64,000 nt of DNA from an uncultured Planctomycetaceae bacterium (GTDB lineage Bacteria; Planctomycetota; Planctomycetia; Planctomycetales; Planctomycetaceae). The stretch's first letter is position 1. The number at the start of each line of letters is the position of its first letter. The stretch spans positions 82,918-146,917 of the forward strand of contig CAWAVN010000015.1 in the NCBI GenBank assembly GCA_963785505.1. Reading direction: 5' to 3'. Under the pieces are notes generated by a model. It saw only the letters and a list, made by a program, of their open reading frames with translations, had not been told where the DNA came from and did not search any database. Below are positions 1 to 10,780 of the stretch, piece by piece. Both the position numbers and the translations under genes were made by a program.

Positions 1-637
1 GGTTGACGTTTTCCTGTTGGATCGCGGCGACGACATCGCCCACGCCCATGTTGAGAGTTTCGAGCTTGCCCCGATTCGAGCGCCACCTGAATTTCCCGCC
101 GAACTCCGCCCCGCAATTTCACCGCCGCCACGCCTTCAATGCGCTCCAAACGGGGAATTACGTTTCGCTCGGCGTATTGGGTGAGCTTGACGGGTTCGAG
201 TTCGCTCTCTAACGCCAAGTAAATAAAAGGAAAGTCGGCAACGTCGTAGCGTTCGAGATAGGGGGATTCCATCTGATCGGGCAAGTCTTCGCGGATGCGT
301 TCGATCCTGGCCCGCATGTCGGCCATTGCGGTATCGAGATTTGTGCCCCAGGCAAATTGGGCGCGGATGATGCTGCTGCCTTCCAAGCTGGTGCTGGTCA
401 GCCGCTCCACACCTTGCACTGCGCCCAAGGCTTGTTCGAGCGGGCGGGTGAGCACGGTTTCCACTTCTTCCGGGGAAGCCCCTTGGTAAATCGTGGTGAT
501 GCTGACCACGGGCAGCGTCACGTCGGGCATGAGGTCGATGGAGAGCTTCGTAGCGCATCGGTCCCCAAAATGGCCACGATCAGGCAGGCCATCGTGGTGG
601 TCACCGGACGATTCACAGCCAAACGAGTGAGGGACAT
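1..637 (-). CDS. Efflux RND transporter permease subunit (AcrB/CzcA family), N-terminal part; runs off the window and its frame is broken at least twice
   Basis: ATG at 637 gives MSLTRLAVNRPVTTTMACLIVAILG, a typical RND N-terminus/TM1. The conserved continuation LSIDLMPDVTLPVVSITTIYQGASPEEVE...RIEGVAAVKLRGG, then KLETLNMGVGDVVAAIQQENVN, lies in other frames (shifts near ~550 and ~70). It sits directly downstream of the adaptor gene. Confidence 0.75.
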
Positions 638-772
638 GCGAGGTTACTCTGTGATGTCAGCGGAGGCGCCAAGGTCGGAGTGCGGAGGGCCAGAAGGATT
701 TATGGTTTGCGGGAAATGTGTTTCATGCTTGGTCCGGCATGGTGGGGATCGGCCCCTTCGATGCCTTCTTGT

Positions 773-1996
773 CTATTCGCCGGTGGCGGGAATGTCTGCG
801 GGGGGGCGGGGTTTCTGTTTCGCGATTTGCACATCCGCCGGCAGCGGGTCGGTCCAAGGAATGGGAATGGGCTTGACGACTTGCCCGCTTTTCACCAAGC
901 GATTTCCCAAAGTCACCACTTGGTCGTTCGGCGTCACACCGGAGAGAATTTCCACGAACTCTCCATCGTTGATACCCGTTTTCACTTCCTGGCGCGGATT
1001 GTGGGCGGGTCGTTTTCCACGATCAAAACCGTGGGGCGGTCTTGTTGATCCGAACAACGCTGCCACCGGCAACAGCACAGCCTCACGGCGCTCGAACACC
1101 AACGACACGCGGGCGTGCATGCCGGGTTTTAGGAGTTGGTCGGAATTGGGAATTTCAATTTGCACGGCGGCGGTTCGCGTGTTGGGATTCAACAGCGGGG
1201 CTTTGCGGATGACCGTGCCGAAAAACTCGACGTGAGGAAACGCATCGACTTCAATCGTGGCATGTTGGCCGACTTTCACGCGGGGATAATCTTTCTCGAC
1301 CATGTGAACCACCGTCCGCACGGTGTCGAACGACACGATTCGCAGCAGAGGCACGTCCGGCTTGGCGAGATCGCCCACATCCACAAATCGCTCGCCCACG
1401 AAACCGGCGAGGGGCGCATGAATTTTGCTGTCGCCTAAGGCCAACATCAGGCGGTCCACTTCGGATTGAGCCTGCTTGACGTGGGCCTCTTCCAATTCGC
1501 GCTGGGCGACGGCGATGTTCCATTGGGCTTGGGCTTGATCCAAAAATTGCTTCGTTGCCGCAGAACGCTCCGCCAGGCGTTCTTGGCGGGTCAATTCGTT
1601 TTGGGCCGCTTGTTCTTGGGCCAAGGCGGCTTTGGTTTGGGCCTCGGCTACGACTAACGCGGCCCTGGCTCCGGCGACCAATTCCTGCTGTTCGCGCTCG
1701 TCGAGTTCCACAATCACTTGGCCCAATTTGATGGGATCGCCCACGTCGAACGGGAGTTTCAGGATGTAGCCATTGCGAGGGGCGAGAACCTGGACTTCGG
1801 CCCCCGCCATCAAACTGCCCACCAATTCGGCGCGGTCTTCGATGGGTCTTTTGGCGGAAACCATGACTTCCACCGCGATGGGGGCTTTGACCACGGGAGG
1901 CACGGCCTTGTCGGCGGCTTCGCTGGAATAGTTGTAAACTCCCCAGCCCAAACCCAGGGAGCTTCCCACAGCGAGTAATGCGAGAATCGTTTTCAT
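773..1996 (-). CDS. Efflux RND transporter periplasmic adaptor subunit (HlyD/AcrA membrane-fusion family)
   Basis: Lies in the 454-aa ORF 773..2137. The internal ATG at 1996 gives the membrane anchor MKTILALLAVGSSLG. A long alpha-hairpin (AEAQTKAALAQEQAAQNELTRQERL...AQWNIAVAQRELEEA) is flanked by lipoyl/beta-barrel-like segments (IHAPLAGFV, GMHARVSLV). The RND pump gene follows. Confidence 0.85.
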   Translation of the reverse strand: MKTILALLAVGSSLGLGWGVYNYSSEAADKAVPPVVKAPIAVEVMVSAKRPIEDRAELVGSLMAGAEVQVLAPRNGYILKLPFDVGDPIKLGQVIVELDEREQQELVAGARAALVVAEAQTKAALAQEQAAQNELTRQERLAERSAATKQFLDQAQAQWNIAVAQRELEEAHVKQAQSEVDRLMLALGDSKIHAPLAGFVGERFVDVGDLAKPDVPLLRIVSFDTVRTVVHMVEKDYPRVKVGQHATIEVDAFPHVEFFGTVIRKAPLLNPNTRTAAVQIEIPNSDQLLKPGMHARVSLVFERREAVLLPVAALFGSTRPPHGFDRGKRPAHNPRQEVKTGINDGEFVEILSGVTPNDQVVTLGNRLVKSGQVVKPIPIPWTDPLPADVQIAKQKPRPPADIPATGE

Positions 1997-2345
1997 AACA
2001 GCCCTTTTCGATCTGCTTTGGTTGGCATCTTCTATGATGCGGTTTTTTCTCGCGGTTGGCAAAGGCAGATTGCCTCGGGATCTGCCTTGGGCCGGAGATT
2101 TTTCCGATGGTAGGTATGTGTGGATTTTCCAAAACACCCAGGCGGATGTTTCGCATCTTTTTGGCGAGAGTCCCCCAGCCCTTGACTGGAATGGGCTGGG
2201 GGAGTTTTCCGGGTGTGATGGGGGAATGTTTGCTCAATGTGAGGAGAGAAGTTGGAGGATAGCGAGGGTAGGTACGCAAATACCAACATCTATCCTCTCT
2301 CCTCCATTCTCTATCCTCACTTTGATGGTTGTCGTGATGCCGGCT

Positions 2346-3320
2346 TTAGGCTTTCTTGCCGATGTTGACGTAGGCATGCACGTGGGGTGCGCCGCGGAAA
2401 TGCCAGACGAAGGTCGGGCCTTCCATCCGCCAGATGTCCCATTCCTGGTCTTTGTTCAAATCGCCTTCTTGATAGAAGGACATGTGCAAATCATCCAATC
2501 CGCCGCCTTCTTTCAGCGTCGCCAGGGATTCCTCGACATCATCTTTCCGATAAGGAGCGAGGATGATTTTGATGACGTTTTCGACGAGTTCTTTTTGATC
2601 GGAAGACAATTCGCCCACCGTCACGCCTTTGAAGCGGCCTTTTTTGCCTTGCAATAGCACGGAGGCTTCTTGCGGGGCTTTTTCGATCAACGCCAACTTG
2701 CGTTGGTCTTCATCAAGCGCCTGAAAGACTTCGTTGGCTTTCTTGGTTTGGTAGTGGAACAGATTTTTCTTGGGGTTGGATTGGCCGTGGCCGTAAACGA
2801 TCGGGCCGCCGAACGCGGCGTTTTTCACGCTGTCGCCATCGGCCCTAAGCGTGAGATGCCGGCCCGTGACCATGCACTCGAACTCGCCCGAACCCGGTTC
2901 GCCGAAAATCCCCACGCTGTATTTGCCAATCCCGCCATCGTCGGCTTCCATTTGTTTGAGGAAGCGTTCGTAGCCATCTTCGCTGCTCACGCCTTTGACC
3001 ACATCATGAATCAAGGCTTGTTGGTTTTTGGTGTAGAAGTCCGAGCCGATGCCCGGTTTGGTGACGTGCCAATTCGCGTTGATGGTTCGCCGGCGTTCGT
3101 GGTCGAATGGGAAGCAAATTTCTTTGCGTTGTTTTTCGGAGAGAGTTTTGAACAACTGGGCGACCGCCGTTTCCGCCGGGCTGTCCGGCTTGGAAGCCGC
3201 CGAAGCGAAGCGGGGCAACACGCCGGCTGCCAAGGCGGCTGCTCCCACGGCATGCACGAAATCGCGGCGATTCATGGAGGGTTCGCAATCGGGACAAGAA
3301 GTCTGATTCGGGGTTTGCAT
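2346..3320 (-). CDS. Tat-signal secreted protein, DUF3500-like
   Basis: Lies in the 327-aa ORF 2346..3329. AGGAG sits 8 nt before the ATG at 3320. Twin-arginine signal SMNRRDFVHAVGAAALAAG...ASA. The family assignment comes from remembered sequence character (FPFDHERRRTINANWHVT, WHFRGAPHVHAYVNIG) and has not been searched. Confidence 0.7.
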   Translation of the reverse strand: MQTPNQTSCPDCEPSMNRRDFVHAVGAAALAAGVLPRFASAASKPDSPAETAVAQLFKTLSEKQRKEICFPFDHERRRTINANWHVTKPGIGSDFYTKNQQALIHDVVKGVSSEDGYERFLKQMEADDGGIGKYSVGIFGEPGSGEFECMVTGRHLTLRADGDSVKNAAFGGPIVYGHGQSNPKKNLFHYQTKKANEVFQALDEDQRKLALIEKAPQEASVLLQGKKGRFKGVTVGELSSDQKELVENVIKIILAPYRKDDVEESLATLKEGGGLDDLHMSFYQEGDLNKDQEWDIWRMEGPTFVWHFRGAPHVHAYVNIGKKA

Positions 3321-3787
3321 CAAATGCACTCCTAGAAAAGAAGAAACGGAAACGATGGGCCGTTCGGCTTCATCGGGAATTGTTCCCGCCGCGAGTCAAC
3401 GACTCCCCTCCCGCGACGTGGAAAACAAATCCATCAACAAACACTTATTTTGCACGTTCTGCACGCAAATGAAAAGCCTGCCGACCGGGAAAGTTTTGCA
3501 AACGGCGGGTTTGGTTCGAGCGGAAAAGGGATCGCCTTGACCGACGGCGGCCACGGTTCGCCCGAATGCCCCTCGGATGCGCTGCCGGGCCGGAGGGAAG
3601 AACTGGCCTGCATTCTGGGCTTCGATCACACCACGAACCAGGCTGTGGAATTCGTCAAAGCGGCGCAAACGGCGCAAGCAGACTGATGGCCTCACACGCT
3701 CAAATGCGAAGGCGGCGCGGCCTTGGTTTTTTAAAAAAAACGGCCGGCAATTCAGTTCGCGCGAGAGGGAATCCCCCTGCCAAAGCG

Positions 3788-3822
3788 AGCTGGCCCGGCG
3801 TTTGAAAGACGCCGGGCCAGCT
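3788..3822. terminator. 13-bp GC-rich hairpin in the DUF3500/MarR intergenic region (possible marR terminator)
   Basis: AGCTGGCCCGGCG-TTTGAAAGA-CGCCGGGCCAGCT is a perfect 13-bp stem, about 45 nt beyond the MarR stop. No clear U-tract follows. Confidence 0.4.
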
Positions 3823-3868
3823 AATACGAGCTACTTTCTTGGCAGACCCACTAACCCATCCTTCCAAA

Positions 3869-4531
3869 TCAGGCGGCGGGTTTTTGTTGTGTGCTGAAGG
3901 GGAAACTGAAGGGGGTGGCTTCCAGATCTTCGATTTCCGTAGGCAATGCAATGCGGGCGGCCTCGGCGGGAAGCCGGGTGAGTTCATCGACCCAGACCTT
4001 CAGCATCCGCGAAAACGTGCCGCGTTCGCCCGCGTTGAAGCAGGTCAATAACGAGGCCATGCGCCGGCTGTGAAATTCCTCGGCGCGGGCCAGGGTTTCG
4101 CGGCCCATTTCGGAGAGCAACAACACTTTTCGCCGGCGATCCACCGTGGAAGGCAGCCGATACAAAAGCCCGCTTTGCCGCATGCGTTCGATCAACGTGC
4201 TGATGCTGGATTCCGTTTGGTTCAAGCGGTTGGACAAATCTTTCTGCGAACACCCGTTGGAAGCCGTTTCGCGAATCGCTTGCAGCACCGCGTACCGGAT
4301 GTCGGTCAATTCAAACTGACCGAGGTGCGAATTGAGAATCGCCCGCAACCGATGGGCGACCCGCATCACGTTTTCCACGATTTCCACGGAAGTCTCGTCC
4401 GCGTTCTTTGGCGGGACGGAAGACATCGGCTCCAGCGGAGAGGGAGCGGAAACCGCCTCGGAATCTACCGCGGACGGGGAGGGATTTTCTGCAGGAGGAA
4501 CATAACGAAACATCACAAGCCCCTTAGGCAT
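3869..4531 (-). CDS. MarR family transcriptional regulator
   Basis: 220-aa ORF. Winged-helix core: YAVLQAIRETASNGCSQKDLSNRLNQTESSISTLIERMRQSGLLYRLPSTVDRRRKVLLLSEMGRETL. Confidence 0.85.
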   Translation of the reverse strand: MPKGLVMFRYVPPAENPSPSAVDSEAVSAPSPLEPMSSVPPKNADETSVEIVENVMRVAHRLRAILNSHLGQFELTDIRYAVLQAIRETASNGCSQKDLSNRLNQTESSISTLIERMRQSGLLYRLPSTVDRRRKVLLLSEMGRETLARAEEFHSRRMASLLTCFNAGERGTFSRMLKVWVDELTRLPAEAARIALPTEIEDLEATPFSFPFSTQQKPAA

Positions 4532-5071
4532 GGCCCGTTGAAACGATTTGACGGAAAAGGCGGAATCAACGCCCCCCGCGGGGCCTTACAACCCGCAGCG
4601 TCGGGAAATGGTTAATTCCATTAGTAAAGTTTTCGGCCATTAAGGGTTCGCGCCTGAAGGGAAATTGTCAAAAACTCCCCTTGACGCCCATTGCAAATCC
4701 CCCAGCTTGAAGCCGGCTGCTTTCGCGATTGATCTTTTTACAGTTTGCCGGGCAAACGAGAATCCTGGATTCCCCATTTACCCGATTCTTCCCATCGCTG
4801 GATTCGGCGCGGATGCCGGCCCTTGGGGGAAAACCCGCCGGAAGCTCGAAAGCCCGGTTGAGGAAAGGTCGAAAGTAAGCTAACGCTGAACAATCCTCAT
4901 AAATCCCGATCCTTCAAAATGGGGTTCTTCGCGAAGAGACCTTCGCGCGCAAAGCCCCTCGTCCACGGGAATCGCGTGCTATGCTTGCAGGATTCAGGGT
5001 TTCATTTGATGAATTTCTCGCATCGGGGGGGGCAGCATTCCCCGTGATGAGCAGGCTGGGGAGGCGAAACG

Positions 5072-6067
5072 GTGGCAGGGACGGTGGTAGCGATTCTCTT
5101 GGCCGGCTTGGTTTTGGATCTCGCTTTGCGGTATCCGGCGGCTCGGTTGATTCTTCCCGTGTTTGAACGCAAGCCGCCCTTCGGCAATCCGCCGGAGTGT
5201 CCACAAGACTGCGGAGAGATCGTTTCCTTCCCCACCACAAATGGTCTGCAATTGCGGGGGCGGATTTATCGGCAACCGCACCAACCCGCACGCGGCGTGA
5301 TTGTCTTCTGCCCGGAAATGGAAGGCAATTCCAGCTCGGCCCCGTTTTACTGCGAGAGCCTTTGGAACGCCGGGTACGATGTGTTCGGATTTGACTTTCG
5401 CAACCAAGGCGAGAGCGATTTTCAGCCCGGGTACGAACCGCTGCATTGGCTGACCGAATACGAAGCCGAGGATGCGTTGGCCGCCGTGCGCTTTGCGCGG
5501 AAGCAAGAAAATTGGCGGGGGCTTCCCCTGGGGATGGTGGGAATCAGCCGGGGAGGCGGAGCCGCTTTGACCGCTGCAAGCCGCTGCGACTCCATTCGAG
5601 CGGTCGCCGTGGAAGGGGCTTTCACGACCGATCTTTTGATGGAACACTACACGATCCGCTGGGCGGCCGTTTATATTCCCCAATGGCTGATGAATCTCTT
5701 CCCGCTCTGGCACGTGCGCGGCACGTTGGCGTTGGTGAGGCTCATCAGTCAGTTTCGCCGAAAATGCCGTTACGTTCGTTTGGAACGCGAACTGCCCGCA
5801 TTGCGGCGCAAACCCGTCTTGCAGATTCAAGGGGCCTGCGACAATTACGTTCCCCAAGAGACCGCCCGGCGGTTGGCCCGCCGGTTGCCGGCCTCGCATG
5901 AGTTTTGGCTGGTTCCCGAGGCCAACCACAACAAGGCCCGCAAAGTGGATCGGGAGGAATACGACCGCCGCCTCGTCGAGTTTTTCGAGCAAATGCAGAA
6001 CCGGGCATCGGAGTGCCTCTTGGCAGAAAGTTCAGCTTTTTACCACTCAACATCACCAGGGGGCTGA
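5072..6067 (+). CDS. Alpha/beta hydrolase family protein
   Basis: 331-aa ORF with an N-terminal TM segment (VVAILLAGLVLDLAL) and nucleophile elbow GISRGG. The C-terminal acid/His region is QGACDNYVP...EANHN. Confidence 0.75.
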   Translation: MAGTVVAILLAGLVLDLALRYPAARLILPVFERKPPFGNPPECPQDCGEIVSFPTTNGLQLRGRIYRQPHQPARGVIVFCPEMEGNSSSAPFYCESLWNAGYDVFGFDFRNQGESDFQPGYEPLHWLTEYEAEDALAAVRFARKQENWRGLPLGMVGISRGGGAALTAASRCDSIRAVAVEGAFTTDLLMEHYTIRWAAVYIPQWLMNLFPLWHVRGTLALVRLISQFRRKCRYVRLERELPALRRKPVLQIQGACDNYVPQETARRLARRLPASHEFWLVPEANHNKARKVDREEYDRRLVEFFEQMQNRASECLLAESSAFYHSTSPGG

Positions 6068-6269
6068 CACTCCCCGCTCGCCTTTTCCCCACTGTAGAAG
6101 TAATTTTCTCGGTGATTTCTTCCGCCCTCTGCCTTCCGCCCTCTGCTTACCGTCGACCGTTTTCTCTCGGAATGGCACGTTCGTTTGAGATCCTCTAGGA
6201 TTGCCGCCGCGTTTCACTCTTCAGTTGATCGGTGGTTTTCCGTGCGTTTGGTGAATAGCGAATTCGTCC

Positions 6270-8153
6270 ATGCCCGCTTCCAATGATCCCCTCTATCGGA
6301 TTTCCACGCAAAACACGCTCTATCCGTTGGCGGTGCGCCGGCTGAAATGGGTGGAGGTTTTCTTTCAAGTGATGGGCGTGGCCGGAACCATCGTGCAACA
6401 TGGGCTGCGAAACCTCACCCAAACCGTGCAGTCGGAACTGGGAATCTCGGTTTTTTTCTGCATGCTGGCTCTCTGTGCGATCCTTGGGCTCCGCTATCAT
6501 TGGAGTCTCGCCAAGCCTTCGTTTTATCGCCGACACCGCTCGCGGGTGCTGATCGGCGTGGTTTGGGGGCTGGGCATCATCGGGGTGCTGATCTTCGGAT
6601 CGCTGCTGCCCAATCTGAACGGAAAGCAAATTAGCCGCCCTTATGCCGTGTTGCTGCTCTCCGAATTGTGCCTGGTGCTGCGGGCGATTTTTACGTCCAT
6701 CTTGTTCACTCGGAAATCGACCGCCCGCATGGGAACCAATCCGGCTTTGCTGTTGGTCGGGTCTTTTGCGGTCTTGATTGCCACGGGCACGATTTTGTTG
6801 ATGTTGCCCAAAGCCTACGCCGAACCCGCAGTGCTGCAAGAACCCTTTTTGTTTCGGCTTCGCGTGGCGTTGTTTACTTCGACCAGCGCGAGTTGCGTGA
6901 CGGGCTTGATCGTGGTGGACACCGGTGCATTTTGGAGCCGAACGGGGCAAACCATCATCATGGGGCTGTTCCAAATCGGGGGGTTGGGCATCATGACCTG
7001 CGGGGCGTTTTTCGCGGTCATCTCCGGGCGGGCCATGAAAATTCGTGAAAGCGCCACCTTGCACGAAGTCCTCGAAGCCGACGGCTTAGACAAAGTCCGC
7101 CGGCTGGTTTTGGGCATTTTCGGGTTTACCTTGGCGACGGAACTTTTGGGGGCCGTGCTGCTCTCCGGAGTATGGGCGGACGACATGCCTTTGGGCCAAC
7201 GGGCTTTCTACAGCGTGTTTCATTCCATCAGCGCGTTCTGCAACGCGGGGTTCTCGCTCACGCCCAATAGTTTCGTCGGCATGGACACCCGCTGGCAAAT
7301 CTGGGGCGTCGTGCCCGCACTCATCATCATCGGCGGCTTGGGTTTCGCGGTGCTTTACAACTTGGCCATCGTGTTGTTCTCTCAAGTGCGTTCCCTGCGA
7401 AATCGTCCGCTGTTCAATTTGTCCCGCGTGCGCACGCATCTTTCCATCTCCTCGCGGATTGTGCTGGTGACGACGGCATCCCTCTTGGTCGTCGGAGCCG
7501 TGAGCTACTATTTGCTGGAATCGACCACGGCTCCCGGTTCCGTCTCGGCATCGGTCGAAGGAGACGAACAGCCCGCGGAAGTTCCGGGAGTGGGCGAACG
7601 GATCGCCCATGCTTGGTTTCAATCGGTCACGTTTCGCACGGCAGGGTTTAATACTGTCGATCATGCGAAACTCAAACCCGCCACCAAACTGCTGGCGGTG
7701 TTCTTGATGTTCATCGGAGCCGCGCCGGGTTCCACGGGCGGCGGGGTGAAAGTCATGGTGTTCGCCTTGGCGTTGATGAGGTTGTCCAGCATCATGCAAG
7801 GCCGCCGGCGGATTGAAATTGAGAACCGCGTGATCGCCGAGGATGTGGTCAACCGCGCCCTCATCGTCTTGGCCTTGGGCGTGATCGTCACGATGTCTAC
7901 CACGATGTTATTGGTGATCTTCGAAAACAACCAGGCCAAATTTCTCGATCATTTGTTCGAGGCGACCAGCGCGTTTGCAACTGTGGGCGTGTCTTCGGTG
8001 ACGACTTGGACGCTCAAACCGCCGTCGCAAATTGTGATTATCGTCACGATGTTCCTGGGCCGCGTTGGCCCGTTGACCATGCTTTTGGGCCTGGCGGGGC
8101 AATCGAAAGAACCCAATTACGAATACCCCGTGGAGCGCGTGACGTTGGGTTAA
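6270..8153 (+). CDS. TrkH family potassium uptake protein (Trk/Ktr membrane subunit)
   Basis: 627-aa polytopic ORF with repeated M-P-M selectivity-filter-like motifs (SASCVTGL, CNAGFS, RTAGFNTV, ATVGVSS) and GSTGGGVKV, typical of the TrkH/KtrB family. A TrkA-like gene follows. Confidence 0.9.
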   Translation: MPASNDPLYRISTQNTLYPLAVRRLKWVEVFFQVMGVAGTIVQHGLRNLTQTVQSELGISVFFCMLALCAILGLRYHWSLAKPSFYRRHRSRVLIGVVWGLGIIGVLIFGSLLPNLNGKQISRPYAVLLLSELCLVLRAIFTSILFTRKSTARMGTNPALLLVGSFAVLIATGTILLMLPKAYAEPAVLQEPFLFRLRVALFTSTSASCVTGLIVVDTGAFWSRTGQTIIMGLFQIGGLGIMTCGAFFAVISGRAMKIRESATLHEVLEADGLDKVRRLVLGIFGFTLATELLGAVLLSGVWADDMPLGQRAFYSVFHSISAFCNAGFSLTPNSFVGMDTRWQIWGVVPALIIIGGLGFAVLYNLAIVLFSQVRSLRNRPLFNLSRVRTHLSISSRIVLVTTASLLVVGAVSYYLLESTTAPGSVSASVEGDEQPAEVPGVGERIAHAWFQSVTFRTAGFNTVDHAKLKPATKLLAVFLMFIGAAPGSTGGGVKVMVFALALMRLSSIMQGRRRIEIENRVIAEDVVNRALIVLALGVIVTMSTTMLLVIFENNQAKFLDHLFEATSAFATVGVSSVTTWTLKPPSQIVIIVTMFLGRVGPLTMLLGLAGQSKEPNYEYPVERVTLG

Positions 8154-8405
8154 AAAACTGAAACTGTCAATCATGTATCGTCATTCATTCCGAATAAACC
8201 CGCTTTCCCCACGGATTTGAGGGGCAAAGGGGCATGGGACAAAGGGGGCAAGAATTGTTCTGGTTTTCAAACTTTGCCCCTCTGCCCCTACAAACATGCC
8301 GCGAAGCCATTCGGCCGTCTGGAAATCTGTTGGCATCATTTCCAGCTTGATTAAAAAGAAACGCTCTTGCGGTTTTGCATCTCGATTCACACGAAAGGAA
8401 GACCC

Positions 8406-9092
8406 GTGCAAAAAGTGGCTGTGATTGGACTCGGTCGGTTTGGGACCGCGTTGGCCAAACAGTTGACGGCCAGCGGAGCCGAGGTGATTGCCGTCGATCA
8501 CGACATGTTGTTGGTCAACGAAATTCGCGATTCGGTTGCGATTGCGGTGAAGCTGGACAGCACCGACCCCGCGGCTTTAAGGGGGCAAGAAATCGATCTG
8601 GTCGATGTGGCGGTGGTGGCCATCGGAGAGAATTTTGAAGCCGCGCTCTTGACCACGGTGATCCTCAAAAAATTGGGCGTTCCCAAAATCATCTGCCGGG
8701 CGCAGTCTTCGTTTCACTCGGAGATCTTCAAGCAGATTGGAGCGCACGAAGTCATTCAGCCGGAAATCCAAGCCGGCGAGCGATTGGGGCACAGCCTTGC
8801 CAATCCGCAATTGGAAGATCTGATTACGCTTGCCGAAGGTTATACCTTGATCGAACTCTATGCCCCCCAAGCGTTTCAGGGCAAATCGCTGCAAGTGTTG
8901 GAACTGAGGAAGAAATACGATGTCAACCTAGTGGCGATCAAACGTCCCGTGGAAGAAATCGGCCCGGAGGGAACCCCCATCAAAAAGCAGAACATCATCG
9001 GTGTGCCCCGTGCCGCGGACGTGATCGAACCCGGCGACGTGCTGGTGGTGGTCGGTTCTAACGAATCCCTCGCCCGTTTGCCCAAGGAATAG
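8406..9092 (+). CDS. TrkA family potassium uptake protein (KtrA-like; RCK N- and C-domains)
   Basis: The GTG at 8406 gives VQKVAVIGLGRFGTALAKQL, a Rossmann GxGxxG. The C-terminal TrkA-C-like segment is LIELYAPQAFQGKSL...GDVLVVVGSNESL. The track ORF begins at 8367. Confidence 0.85.
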   Translation: MQKVAVIGLGRFGTALAKQLTASGAEVIAVDHDMLLVNEIRDSVAIAVKLDSTDPAALRGQEIDLVDVAVVAIGENFEAALLTTVILKKLGVPKIICRAQSSFHSEIFKQIGAHEVIQPEIQAGERLGHSLANPQLEDLITLAEGYTLIELYAPQAFQGKSLQVLELRKKYDVNLVAIKRPVEEIGPEGTPIKKQNIIGVPRAADVIEPGDVLVVVGSNESLARLPKE

Positions 9093-9298
9093 TCTTCTTA
9101 GGACGATGCCCTTGGCTACGATGAAGATGGTCTTCGGCCAAACATTGCAATGATGAGTTCACTTGGCTAACGAGTTGCCTTTTTGCGGGTTCTCCAACTT
9201 GCCTGGAGGGATGAGGAGGATTCTGCTAGATTTTGCCCATGCGGCGTATCGGCGGATGGTGTCGCGCGGAAACCAGATTACGCAGGAGAAAATCGACG

Positions 9299-9931
9299 AT
9301 GCTCGGAGCACACTTAAACCCCTTGGATTACCTAAAACGCTGCACGGAAGAATTCGCCAAACTCGATTTAACCCAAACCGAAGGCTTGGCAAACGACATC
9401 TTCCGGGCCTACGAACAAGGGCGGTTCGTGTTTATCTGCGGCAACGGGGGTAGCGGTTCCAATGCCTCGCACTTCTGCGAAGACCTGGGCAAAAGCACGT
9501 TGGACCCCAAAGATTTCACCAACGACGACGTCAAACGACTGAAAGTCCTCAGCCTCACTGACAATACGCCTTACATTCTTGCCTGGGGAAACGATGAAGG
9601 CTTCGACCGCGTGTTTGTCGAGCAGCTCAAAAATCTCGCCTCGCCGGAAGATGTGCTCATCGCCATCAGCGGCAGCGGCAACAGCCCGAACATCTTAAAT
9701 GCGGTCGAATGGGGCAACAAGCACAACCTGCAAACGTGGGGCATCACCGGCTACGGCGGCGGAAAACTGCAATCGCTAGCCAAGCGGAATCTGCACGTCC
9801 CCTTGGATGACATGGGCATCGTGGAATCTATTCACCTGTTGTTGTTCCATTGGATTTTGAACGATGTTTACGCCCGCGTGAACAAAGTCGGTCGGCACGC
9901 CGAAGACAAAAAAGACTTCGAAGCGGCCTAA
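9299..9931 (+). CDS. gmhA: SIS domain protein, D-sedoheptulose-7-phosphate isomerase (GmhA)-like
   Basis: The ATG at 9299 lies within ORF 9233..9931. GmhA-like motifs: [57 protein letters not shown]. Confidence 0.75.
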   Translation: MLGAHLNPLDYLKRCTEEFAKLDLTQTEGLANDIFRAYEQGRFVFICGNGGSGSNASHFCEDLGKSTLDPKDFTNDDVKRLKVLSLTDNTPYILAWGNDEGFDRVFVEQLKNLASPEDVLIAISGSGNSPNILNAVEWGNKHNLQTWGITGYGGGKLQSLAKRNLHVPLDDMGIVESIHLLLFHWILNDVYARVNKVGRHAEDKKDFEAA

Positions 9932-10153
9932 ACTGTTCCCGCGCGACGAAAACCGTGTGGATCGGGTTTAACCGCACAATTATAGGGATTGTGCGGGCGG
10001 GATTCACGCGGTTTTGGGGCGGGGAGGCCGATTCAAGCAATTTTCCCGTCTCGGTTGGTTCGATAGATTCTTTGAAAACGGGTCCGTTTTCATTCCTCGG
10101 AGGCGGAAACACGGACCTTTCGGAATCATTCCAACCGACAGGGAGGTCAAATC

Positions 10154-10780
10154 GTGCCACGCGGACGAATCATTCTCGCGGGATTCGGCGGATGGATGCT
10201 GTTGCTGTTCACCACCCAACATCTCGCGGCACAATCGGCAAACGAGATCTGCCCGCCCCAAACCAATCCCCAGCAAGGCTATTCCCCCCAAACCTATTCG
10301 CAGCCGGGCTATGCCCAACCGGGTTCTCCGGGGGGAGAATTGCATTACGAATCGGGATACGGTTACCCAGCCGAACCCCCGCCGCCCACGGGCATGGATC
10401 AGATTCGACAATATCCCAACCCCGGCCCACCCCACGCTCCGACGCACGGCTTTCCGAATTTCGATTTCCCAGATCGTTTTTTCGGCGTTTGGTTTCGTTC
10501 CAATGCTTGGGGAGCGACGAAAAGAGAACGCTGTGCGATTCCGCATCCGTTTCGGCCGCGGGGTTTCGGCGACTTGTTCGTTCGTCCTCAAACTTCCCAC
10601 CGCATGGATTACAGCCGTCCGTATTTGGTGGATACCACCACGGAGTACGGTCCTTCGTATTACGTCAGGCAGCCCGATCCCAATTGCGGATGCCGGAATT
10701 GTCGGACCTATCCGTATCTGATTCAGAGGTGTTGTCTCAACCCCGCAAACGCTGATCGAGCAGCAGAATGCCGCCGATAA
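10154..10780 (+). CDS. Hypothetical secreted Q/P/Y/G-rich protein
   Basis: GGGAGG sits 7 nt before the GTG at 10154. Clear signal peptide: MPRGRIILAGFGGWMLLLFTTQHLAAQS. Several alternative ORFs overlap here on both strands, and this frame is preferred because of the RBS and signal peptide. No family recognised. Confidence 0.55.
   Translation: MPRGRIILAGFGGWMLLLFTTQHLAAQSANEICPPQTNPQQGYSPQTYSQPGYAQPGSPGGELHYESGYGYPAEPPPPTGMDQIRQYPNPGPPHAPTHGFPNFDFPDRFFGVWFRSNAWGATKRERCAIPHPFRPRGFGDLFVRPQTSHRMDYSRPYLVDTTTEYGPSYYVRQPDPNCGCRNCRTYPYLIQRCCLNPANADRAAECRR

Noticed and set aside
1251-2279. Long ORFs antisense to, or out of frame with, clearly homologous genes. Examples: 1251..2279(-), 4994..5992(-), 6195..7064(-), 12647..13468(-), 15068..15997(-), 26743..27234(+), 34222..35304(+), 40965..41912(+), 42891..44276(+), 55918..56871(-).
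   Set aside because: All overlap genes with strong family signatures in another frame or on the other strand. Their products are Arg/Gly/His/Pro-rich and low in complexity, as expected for open non-coding frames in GC-rich DNA.
3355-3868. Several 60-106-aa ORFs in the DUF3500/MarR intergenic region, and an A8/T6 palindromic tract at ~3725-3745.
   Set aside because: There are no RBS or start contexts, the composition is not protein-like and the frames overlap each other. The region is treated as non-coding with hairpins.
6173-6189. Second sigma-54-like site, TGGCACGTTCGTTTGAG, upstream of the TrkH gene.
   Set aside because: The -12 element lacks the conserved GC (it reads TTTG instead of TTGC), so this is only a half-match.
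6068-6269. c-di-AMP (ydaO-type) riboswitch or other leader upstream of the K+ uptake genes; also the direct repeat TTCCGCCCTCTGC x2 at ~6121-6150.
   Set aside because: No recognisable ydaO-like conserved segments were seen by eye. The 13-nt duplication is too short and isolated to interpret.
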